From a virus: a DNA stretch of 64,000 bases. The position numbers and the translations under genes were made by a program. The stretch lies in the IMG/VR virus record IMGVR_UViG_3300001765_000256, positions 71,013 through 135,012 of that record. The stretch is one strand, 5' to 3'. The notes below the pieces were generated by a model. The model saw nothing but the letters and a program-made list of their open reading frames with translations. It was not told the origin of the DNA and made no database searches. Shown here piece after piece: positions 57,163 to 64,000 of this stretch. Position 1 is the stretch's first letter; the number at the start of each line of letters is the position of its first letter.

Positions 57163-57686
57163 TCATCACCTCTATATTCTATACAATCGGACTTATTATT
57201 AATAGTAGCAGAAGTATCTGGAGAAAACAACTCTTTCATGTAATAGTCCATAGCTGGGGCATACCACTCAGTTAGGAATATGTATGGATTCATTAGGCTT
57301 TTAGGTATACTATACTTTTTACCGTACATATTAAATGGCACGTATTCAGCCGTATGTTCTCTATTAAGTACACAATGGCCTAATTCATGGAATATTAACG
57401 CTATCTTTAGATATTCTGTTGTATTTTTATCGTACCAATATTCGGCATCTATACCTATCTGTTTATGTCCAGTACTGTAAACCACACATACACCTATAGT
57501 AGAACCTTCTGGCATTACATCAAAATTTATAGGTATATCACCTATCGTATTACCATACATAGACTCAAACATAGATATATACTTATTAAACTCAATATGC
57601 GTACTCTTTATATTTCTAGGATCTGGTATAAACTGAGCACACGCAGACGTTAGTAGGTATAATAAAAGTACGATATATTTTTTCAT
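57150..57686 (-). CDS. lipoprotein zinc metallopeptidase
   Basis: Lipobox-like LTSAC; LIFHELGHCVLNREH plus SLM Met-turn. Confidence 0.8.
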   Translation of the reverse strand: MKKYIVLLLYLLTSACAQFIPDPRNIKSTHIEFNKYISMFESMYGNTIGDIPINFDVMPEGSTIGVCVVYSTGHKQIGIDAEYWYDKNTTEYLKIALIFHELGHCVLNREHTAEYVPFNMYGKKYSIPKSLMNPYIFLTEWYAPAMDYYMKELFSPDTSATINNKSDCIEYRGDEWVN

Positions 57687-57895
57687 TTCTCTATACCTTC
57701 AAATAATACATTGTATATGTCAGAATACATAAGGTCGTTATCATACTTAACAATCTTTAACGCCTTAGCTCTTATATTCATATAAGTAACACCAGTAGCA
57801 AGCTCTTCTTTAGCCTGTCTAATTTTTTCGTCATAAATCACTTTATTCCAACGCGCCCTACTCATAGATTTTCTAGGACGTACTTGTTTACCCAT
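57683..57895 (-). CDS. hypothetical protein
   Basis: 70-aa coupled ORF. Confidence 0.55.
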   Translation of the reverse strand: MGKQVRPRKSMSRARWNKVIYDEKIRQAKEELATGVTYMNIRAKALKIVKYDNDLMYSDIYNVLFEGIEK

Positions 57896-58073
57896 TAGAC
57901 ACCTTCTTTTCTTTTTTTGTATTAAAATAAAATTCCTTTAAAAACTTCTTAACCGTATCTTCACCATAATATGCCTTTAGGTTTTCTAAGTGCACAGTTA
58001 ACTGGTAAGCAGTAGGCTCTCTATCTAACTTTGTTTTTATATCTATAACCTTATTCGTAGTTTTTTGTTCCAT
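57888..58073 (-). CDS. hypothetical protein
   Basis: Start reassigned to ATG 58073 after GGAGGTG. Confidence 0.6.
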   Translation of the reverse strand: MEQKTTNKVIDIKTKLDREPTAYQLTVHLENLKAYYGEDTVKKFLKEFYFNTKKEKKVSNG

Positions 58074-58123
58074 AATCACCTCCATATATACATAGTATCT
58101 ATTAATTATATTAAATGCAAGTT

Positions 58124-58597
58124 TTATTTTAAAGCGTCTGTAATTAAGACACTCTTATTAACTTCTAACTTTTTGGCAAACACAGTACCAGCCTTTTTAA
58201 GTTTTTTTGCATACTTTGCCTTAAGAGATGGCGTCTTAGAGTGGTATCTTGCTGCCCACAGACTATCCTTCTTTTTATGCTTATAATGTATGGCTAGAAT
58301 CTTAGCTGCACACATAGTATTACCAGACATCTTATATATATTATAATCCTTACATGTAGTATACCAATGGACAGAATTTACCTGGAATACACCTATATCA
58401 TATGTTCCATTGGGGTTTAATCTAGTCTTTGCATTTATACCAAATGAGCTTTCTATATAGGCTATCTTAAACAATTCCAACTCCGGCACACCATATTTTT
58501 TTGCAGCTACCTGTACATTTCTAATAATCCTACTCTCCACCGACTTTGCATTAGCGTTTGCAGATATAAGACCTATTATTAGTATTAGTGTTTTCAT
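58124..58597 (-). CDS. secreted lytic transglycosylase (SLT family)
   Basis: Signal peptide; AAKKYGV..IAYIESSF, DIGVFQVN, ARYHS. Confidence 0.88.
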   Translation of the reverse strand: MKTLILIIGLISANANAKSVESRIIRNVQVAAKKYGVPELELFKIAYIESSFGINAKTRLNPNGTYDIGVFQVNSVHWYTTCKDYNIYKMSGNTMCAAKILAIHYKHKKKDSLWAARYHSKTPSLKAKYAKKLKKAGTVFAKKLEVNKSVLITDALK

Positions 58598-58652
58598 TTC
58601 TCACCTCCATATATTAAGAGTAACATAATAAAACAAAAAATCAACTAGTGTG

Positions 58653-58680
58653 TTGACTTTTGTATCAAAATGGTATATAT
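58653..58680 (+). promoter_or_regulatory. sigma70-type promoter, identical copy at 55424
   Basis: TTGACTTTTGTATCAAAATGGTATATA. Confidence 0.7.
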
Positions 58681-58689
58681 TGTCTATAT

Positions 58690-58920
58690 ATGATTAAAAA
58701 AACACTACTAATAGTACTTATTTTGACCTCATCAGCAATACTTGGGCATATGCTACATCAAGGATATATGATTATAGGTATAGACTCTTGGCATGAAGGT
58801 TGCATAGAAGCATCTTTAAGATTAAGGAACGATTTTGGCCAAACACATGAAAAGTACATGAAAGACTTTTGCGATTACAGAAATATAACACTTAAGAAAG
58901 AATTTGGAATACAGGAGTAA
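58690..58920 (+). CDS. small exported/membrane protein
   Basis: Start reassigned to ATG 58690 downstream of promoter; N-terminal hydrophobic helix. Confidence 0.55.
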   Translation: MIKKTLLIVLILTSSAILGHMLHQGYMIIGIDSWHEGCIEASLRLRNDFGQTHEKYMKDFCDYRNITLKKEFGIQE

Positions 58921-58923
58921 GTT

Positions 58924-59133
58924 ATGGAATCAATGGAGATTTTATTTAATCAATTACAATCATTAGCAAGCTTATCAGACGATAAGTTGAATATTGAGAT
59001 TAGCGATGAGCAGTTCGGTGTTAAGATCAGTATAGGAAGCAATGTATTCACAGCAGAAAGACTGAACATACAGACGCTATCTAGCGCATTAATGTTCCTG
59101 TCACTGTCTGCACAGGTAAAACACGATGAGTAA
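58924..59133 (+). CDS. hypothetical protein
   Basis: AGGAG RBS, coupled. Confidence 0.55.
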   Translation: MESMEILFNQLQSLASLSDDKLNIEISDEQFGVKISIGSNVFTAERLNIQTLSSALMFLSLSAQVKHDE

Positions 59134-59341
59134 GTTAAGACCTCTAGGCAAAATACTATTAGACCTAGAGCCATTAATTCAAGAGGCCATGGACGATCAT
59201 GAACTCCAACACCAAGATCTTCTTGGTCTTATAGATACATATTTGAAAGTTCATTACCCAGGATCCGATGCAGAATACACTGATGGTACAAACCCAGACA
59301 TTATATATAGATCAAAAAGGGATAAATATGGAAAACGATAA
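59126..59341 (+). CDS. hypothetical protein
   Basis: 71-aa coupled ORF. Confidence 0.6.
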   Translation: MSKLRPLGKILLDLEPLIQEAMDDHELQHQDLLGLIDTYLKVHYPGSDAEYTDGTNPDIIYRSKRDKYGKR

Positions 59342-60212
59342 AAAATATAGTACATTTCAGAAATATGGCGATAAGTATGTTGCATCGGCAGCAGGCTTTA
59401 CATATGAAGGTAAACTTACTCCTGGAGTCTACAGTATACATTATGATGGCAGATCTCAGACGTTATGGTTTGAATCTATGAAGGTGTCGCACGACTCACT
59501 TCTAGACCTACCAAGTAACGAATATTCTCAAATAATTAGAGAGATGGAACAGTTTTTAAAGCCAGAAACCAAAGAGATGTTTAAGGAGTACGGATTCATA
59601 TATAAAAGATCAGCTTTGCTATATGGTAATCCTGGCACAGGTAAAACATCAATCCTACATAGAGTTAATAGATCTGTTGTTAAATCCGGTGGAATCGTTC
59701 TGTATTGCGAAGATCCTAGATTATTACCTATTGCATACAGTGCACTTAACGATATACAACCTGAAATACTAACTACAGTTGTTTTTGAAGAGTTTGACGC
59801 AATGGCTAATCAGTATGAGAAGACACTACTGTCAGTTCTAGATGGAGAGATACAAAAAGACAATGTTATGTATCTTGCAACCACTAATTTCTTAGAAAAA
59901 GTCCCCAAGCGTCTATATAGACCTGGACGATTTTCTTCTATTATAGAAGTTGGATACCCAAACACAAAAGCTCGTAACGTATACTTCTCTAGTAAACTTA
60001 AGGATCAAGCATTGATTAGCGAACTAGTTGCAAAGACTAAAGGGTTAAGTGTAGACGAAATGAAAGAAATTATACAATCAAGTGTGATTTTAAAAAACGA
60101 TTTAGATTCAGTAATCAAGAGGCTTCAATCAACACGCGATTTTGATGCCGGAGATGCCTCTGATGACACATACGACGAAGTAGGAGAAAAGGACGAATGG
60201 AAACACAAATAG
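59328..60212 (+). CDS. AAA+ ATPase
   Basis: LLYGNPGTGKT, VFEEFD, ATTN, RPGRF; start reassigned to ATG 59328. Confidence 0.9.
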   Translation: MENDKKYSTFQKYGDKYVASAAGFTYEGKLTPGVYSIHYDGRSQTLWFESMKVSHDSLLDLPSNEYSQIIREMEQFLKPETKEMFKEYGFIYKRSALLYGNPGTGKTSILHRVNRSVVKSGGIVLYCEDPRLLPIAYSALNDIQPEILTTVVFEEFDAMANQYEKTLLSVLDGEIQKDNVMYLATTNFLEKVPKRLYRPGRFSSIIEVGYPNTKARNVYFSSKLKDQALISELVAKTKGLSVDEMKEIIQSSVILKNDLDSVIKRLQSTRDFDAGDASDDTYDEVGEKDEWKHK

Positions 60213-60850
60213 CATTATTAATAACATTAGCACTATCTTTAGGATATATAACCTATAGAAAATATAAGGCGAACAGAGATGGATTTAACACTAGAATGCA
60301 AGCTCTTATAGATACACTAAATGAGGCATCTAAAGGTAAGAGGCATCTTTCGTTAGTCAAAGGTGAAGGGTCAGATAAAGAGACATTTGTTAATATGGGA
60401 GATGAAGTTGTCAATACAACATCTATGATAAAAAAACTCAACAAGGATACAGAGAAGATCATGCAGTTACAATTACAAGAAACAAGCGCAGCAAGGTCTG
60501 TTCTAGGGTTTCCAGGTAGAATGATATCACAGTCTAAATCTGCATACCAGACATCAAACCCATCAAATGTAGCTATTTTTAATAGTAATATCTGTACAGA
60601 TACAGGTAAGATCTGGTACGGAGATATCGATTTAACTATGGACGAAAACAGACTTAAAACTCTAGCCGCAGAGATTAACAAGACTCTTTACGTATTACGT
60701 GAGATGGATGCCAGGTTTGAAAACGAAACAAAGCCTAAACTAGAAAGTGCAGTAATTGCAGTTAAAGCAGATGGTTCAGTTATATTATCAAACTACGCAA
60801 CTAGAGGTACTAAAGGTAAACTTAAAGGAAAGATTGTGGTGAACAGATGA
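60197..60850 (+). CDS. membrane-anchored hypothetical protein
   Basis: N-terminal TM helix; GRMISQSKS..FNSN..KIWYGDIDL..VLREMD. Confidence 0.6.
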   Translation: METQIALLITLALSLGYITYRKYKANRDGFNTRMQALIDTLNEASKGKRHLSLVKGEGSDKETFVNMGDEVVNTTSMIKKLNKDTEKIMQLQLQETSAARSVLGFPGRMISQSKSAYQTSNPSNVAIFNSNICTDTGKIWYGDIDLTMDENRLKTLAAEINKTLYVLREMDARFENETKPKLESAVIAVKADGSVILSNYATRGTKGKLKGKIVVNR

Positions 60851-61056
60851 ACAAGATATTAAGCGCATTAATCGTATTTATGGTTACATTCCTGGCAATT
60901 ATCTTGTCTCCAGTATACCTACCAGTTATAGGTTCTGGTATTACGGTGGCAGGTAGACTACTAGGTGCTGTTTTTACATACAACCAAGACTTATTCTTAC
61001 TATTAGCATCAGTTATGGCTGTACTTATCGCATTACGATCTGTTTTAAAAGGATAA
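60847..61056 (+). CDS. small membrane protein
   Basis: Two hydrophobic helices. Confidence 0.6.
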   Translation: MNKILSALIVFMVTFLAIILSPVYLPVIGSGITVAGRLLGAVFTYNQDLFLLLASVMAVLIALRSVLKG

Positions 61057-61063
61057 ATAACGC

Positions 61064-61092
61064 TTGACATGTAAACTAAACACTGTTATCGT
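61064..61092 (+). promoter_or_regulatory. sigma70-type promoter of the cas operon
   Basis: TTGACA-N17-TATCGT with TG extension; AGGAGG RBS downstream. Confidence 0.7.
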
Positions 61093-61118
61093 GTAAATAT
61101 ACGTAATAGGAGGTTTAT

Positions 61119-61388
61119 ATGATTAAGGTTAAGGTAATTAAAAGGTATCAGAACAGAAAGCTTTACGACACACAAACACACAAGTATATTTCTATGGGCG
61201 AAATAGCTAGACTGATGATGTTAAGTGATATAGAAGTTATAGTTATTGATAATGAAACTAAAAACGATATAACAAACCATACATTATTATCGGTGCTAAT
61301 GTGTCAATCCAGTGATGGTATCCAACCTAGACATGATATTATTAAAAATTTAATAGTTGAAAATTTAAAGTCCATAGGTGCTGTATGA
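61119..61388 (+). CDS. PhaR-type (PHB accumulation regulator N-terminal) DNA-binding protein
   Basis: IKRYQNRKLYDTQTHKYIS..VIDNETKNDITNHTL. Confidence 0.85.
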   Translation: MIKVKVIKRYQNRKLYDTQTHKYISMGEIARLMMLSDIEVIVIDNETKNDITNHTLLSVLMCQSSDGIQPRHDIIKNLIVENLKSIGAV

Positions 61389-62905
61389 AAAAACTACAAA
61401 AAGAAGAGACATTAACGGCTAAGCAGTCCAAGAATATAAAGGCAATTAAGTTTCCTATAATACTAAGCCATGAAGAGCGTAACAAGTTTGATCAGTGGAT
61501 TAGGCTTGGAAAAGAATTCTATAATATACTGAACAACCAAAGGCGTTTGGTAGAAAAATGGAATTTAACTAAATACTATGAAGCAAACCCCGATAAGCTA
61601 GCTGAAAAGCAAAAAAAAGAAGATGCATATCAAGCAAAAGTTAAAGCTGAGGTAGATTCTGGCAAGAGATTACCAAAACGGAAATTCGACTCGCCATTCT
61701 ATTCTCCAATACAGATTAGACACGAAGAACTGAAAGATCTTCCTATAGACGTTTTATCGCACTGCTATGGAGCCAGTACATTTGAAGAATTAATGGCGTT
61801 AGACGGCAAGGAAATTAAAAATAATAAGCAAGGTGTGCCTCAAATATACCTGTCTTATGTGGATCAATCCAGGTACGGCACAAAACTTAGAAATATATAC
61901 CCTGAATTTAATATTATGCCCAGCTCTTATTGGCTTGGTATTTGCCATCAAGTTGACAAGGCTTTTACTGATTTTCGTAAAAACAAAGCAAAATCTATAT
62001 ACAGACTTCCTTCTTTTAAGAAAAGAGATGATGATTTTTCGTTAATAGGCAAATCTGGTGGAGATAATAATATTAAAGTAAAACCGTTAGTGTTAAACGG
62101 TAAACGGTATGCACGCATAACAGGTTTGTCATCTAGCTATTTCCCTAATGGAATCAAGATACGTATGTTCAAGCCTATTAACGGTAAGATAATTCTTACG
62201 TCTATAAAAAAAGAAGGCAATGACTACTTCCTAAGCATTACGTTTGAAGAACAGAAGGTACACTGGCCGTATAAGCATGAGTCTGTAGGTGTAGATTTAG
62301 GTGTAGTTCGTAATATACAGCTATCTAATGGCGAGTATAAGCAACTACCTATAGATAAAATTAAATCACTAGAAGAAAAACAAAAAAGAATGCAGCGAAA
62401 ACTGTCTAAAAAGAAAGAGCGATCTAAGAATTATTTAAAGTATAATGCTAAGATAGCTAGGATTAGTGAAAAGATAGCTAACACTAGAAAGTACCATGTT
62501 TCTATGTTCGCAACAGAAATAGCTAGAGATTATAATATTATTGCTATAGAGAACTTAAAAGTAAAAAATATGACAAAGAGTGCTAGTGGTGATATTGACG
62601 AGCCTGGTAAAAACGTAGCACAGAAATCTGGATTAAATAAGAGTATATTAAGGGTCGCACCGTATATGATTAGGATGAAACTCGAAGCTAAGGCTAAAGA
62701 GTACGGACGAACTGTTGTGGCTGTAGATCCAAAATATACGTCGCAGGAGTGTTCTAGGTGTCACCATACAGATAAGAAAAACAGAGAAGACCAGTCTACT
62801 TTTGTGTGTAAAAGTTGTGGTTTTGAGATAAACGCCGATCTTAATGCCGCGTTAAATATACATACCAGAGGTCTTGACAGTATTAACATTAAGGATGGCA
62901 CGTGA
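61385..62905 (+). CDS. TnpB/Cas12f-like RNA-guided nuclease, candidate type V effector
   Basis: RuvC-I VGVDLGV, RuvC-II IAIENLKVKNM, zinc finger CSRC..CKSC, RuvC-III NADLNAALNI; YTSQ motif; 506 aa. Confidence 0.9.
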   Translation: MKKLQKEETLTAKQSKNIKAIKFPIILSHEERNKFDQWIRLGKEFYNILNNQRRLVEKWNLTKYYEANPDKLAEKQKKEDAYQAKVKAEVDSGKRLPKRKFDSPFYSPIQIRHEELKDLPIDVLSHCYGASTFEELMALDGKEIKNNKQGVPQIYLSYVDQSRYGTKLRNIYPEFNIMPSSYWLGICHQVDKAFTDFRKNKAKSIYRLPSFKKRDDDFSLIGKSGGDNNIKVKPLVLNGKRYARITGLSSSYFPNGIKIRMFKPINGKIILTSIKKEGNDYFLSITFEEQKVHWPYKHESVGVDLGVVRNIQLSNGEYKQLPIDKIKSLEEKQKRMQRKLSKKKERSKNYLKYNAKIARISEKIANTRKYHVSMFATEIARDYNIIAIENLKVKNMTKSASGDIDEPGKNVAQKSGLNKSILRVAPYMIRMKLEAKAKEYGRTVVAVDPKYTSQECSRCHHTDKKNREDQSTFVCKSCGFEINADLNAALNIHTRGLDSINIKDGT

Positions 62906-63705
62906 GTGGTATAAGTTTGCCATTAATATCCGACAGAGAACCGTTTCTTTTGATTGAAAAAGCTAAAGTGTGTATATCTGGAGGATACGTAATGGCAGTT
63001 AAGAATAATCGTAAGATGAATATACCATCTAAACAGGTGTTTATGTTAATTATCGGCACAGGATGCTCCATTACAACTGAAGCAGCAATACAACTATCTA
63101 AAGATGGGTGCAATATTGCCTATTCAAGAGGTGGAGCTAATATACACACTACGTTCGTATCTGAACAGTACAAAAATCCACGCAAATTAATTAACCAGGT
63201 AGGCTTAGTAAGCAATAAACAGCATAGGCTTGAAATAGCTCGTAAGATCGTAATGGCTAAATTAATAAATCAGCACGTACAGTTCAGTGCTTCTGATATA
63301 TCAAAAGCGGGAACAGTAGAGATGTTATTAGGATATGAAGGTGCAGCACAAAAAAATTGGTATAATAATTTATTTGGAGAAGGGTTTAGGCGTAGTTTTA
63401 CAGGAGAAGATGATTATAACAAAATGATAAACATCTCAAACTCTGTATTGTATAACTTTACGGCCAGTATAATCACATGTCTTGGATACTCTACATCTAT
63501 CGGTTTCTTACACGGATCTACTAGACGCGGAGCGTTAGCCTTAGATGTATCCGATATTTTTAAGCCTAATATGTTGCGTTACATTAAACATAGCAATTCT
63601 AAGAATATAGTTAGATCATGCTTTGATTTCTTAAATAAAGATAATAAGAACTACACTAGACATATAATTAAAACAGTTGAGGAATTATGTACATCGCCAT
63701 TGTAA
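62902..63705 (+). CDS. cas1: CRISPR integrase Cas1, type I-F-like, compact
   Basis: NIP..IIGTGCSITTEAA (I-F: LLGTGTSITQAA), LLGYEG, FLHGSTRRGALALDVSDIFK (I-F: HGKTRRGGLVFDVADLIK); catalytic E/H/D present. Confidence 0.88.
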   Translation: MSGISLPLISDREPFLLIEKAKVCISGGYVMAVKNNRKMNIPSKQVFMLIIGTGCSITTEAAIQLSKDGCNIAYSRGGANIHTTFVSEQYKNPRKLINQVGLVSNKQHRLEIARKIVMAKLINQHVQFSASDISKAGTVEMLLGYEGAAQKNWYNNLFGEGFRRSFTGEDDYNKMINISNSVLYNFTASIITCLGYSTSIGFLHGSTRRGALALDVSDIFKPNMLRYIKHSNSKNIVRSCFDFLNKDNKNYTRHIIKTVEELCTSPL

Positions 63706-63929
63706 ACAACAGAAAAACAGCTAAGCTAATATGTCGCAGCTTCTTTTTACTTGATAGGAATGTATGGATTGGAGACATAACAGATCGTGAAGCAGAGATA
63801 CTTAAAAGTAAGGCGGTAGCGTATGGTACAAACAACATTAAACTTTTTAAAATAACTAAACGGGTAGTAGAAATTACATGCAATAATACTAATTATATAG
63901 AAAAGTGTATTGACTTTATGTCCGAGTAG
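63687..63929 (+). CDS. cas2: stand-alone Cas2 resembling the Cas2 domain of I-F Cas2-3
   Basis: 80 aa overlapping cas1; LDRNVWIGDITDREAEIL parallels RTWQTPITQAGLDTL of I-F Cas2-3. Confidence 0.7.
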   Translation: MYIAIVNNRKTAKLICRSFFLLDRNVWIGDITDREAEILKSKAVAYGTNNIKLFKITKRVVEITCNNTNYIEKCIDFMSE

Positions 63930-63938
63930 TGTTATATT
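63910..63938 (+). promoter_or_regulatory. sigma70-type promoter for downstream non-coding RNA/CRISPR array
   Basis: TTGACT-N17-TATATT with TG extension, overlapping cas2 3' end. Confidence 0.7.
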
Positions 63939-63944
63939 TAATTA

Positions 63945-64000
63945 AATAGGCAGCCTTACCTGCCGAATTTAGACCGAAAGGTCTTAGAAGCCTGCGGAGA
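63945..64000 (+). CRISPR. candidate first CRISPR repeat or guide-RNA scaffold (single copy, truncated by window)
   Basis: GC-rich structured stretch after promoter: GGCAG/CTGCC and AGACC-GAAA-GGTCT hairpins; 36-mer 63955-63990 bounded by CTT...AAG. Only one copy visible. Confidence 0.45.

Noticed and set aside
61385-62905. Nuclease as an ordinary IS605/IS607/IS1341 element
   Set aside because: No tnpA; both ends overlap neighbouring genes by 4 nt, leaving no room for IS ends or a free downstream omegaRNA; next genes are cas1/cas2 (not fully excluded)
11707-63883. Short antisense or frame-shifted ORFs inside long genes (e.g. 21680, 24930, 28949, 51315, 51394, 51410, 60253)
   Set aside because: Fully overlap motif-supported CDSs; composition mirrors the opposite frame
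1-64000. Alternative genetic code, tRNA or rRNA genes
   Set aside because: Long genes are intact under code 11 and end with TAA, TAG or TGA; no cloverleaf with T-loop/CCA recognised in intergenic gaps by eye

Overview
AT-rich segment of a large tailed (contractile-tail, myovirus-type) bacteriophage genome; standard genetic code, no rRNA/tRNA seen. Left arm (minus strand): T5 A1-like nuclease (partial), dUTPase, RuvC-like resolvase, secreted trypsin-like protease, SbcC/Rad50 ATPase, GroEL. A divergent intergenic region with phased 10-mer repeats (candidate origin) is followed by SF2 helicase, phage sigma factor, divergent GroES, SbcD, terminase, portal, an intein-containing MuF-like head protein, prohead protease, a ~20 kb block of multi-domain putative head-packaged proteins punctuated by L-x-K-S/A motifs (SAM-lyase-like, GNAT, kinase-like, ART-like, lysozyme-like, zincin, degenerate mCpol-like domains), neck, sheath, tube, scaffold and major capsid genes, two free-standing homing-type endonucleases and accessory genes. 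Six structural operons share a 25-bp late-promoter motif whose upstream half matches the IHF consensus. The right end carries the most striking locus: an operon of a PhaR-type DNA-binding protein, a catalytically intact TnpB/Cas12f-like nuclease, a type I-F-like Cas1 and a stand-alone I-F-like Cas2, followed by a promoter and a 36-nt hairpin element resembling a chimeric I-F-derived CRISPR repeat at the window edge. Host is tentatively Bdellovibrionota-like (inference). All family calls come from motif recognition by eye, not from database searches.
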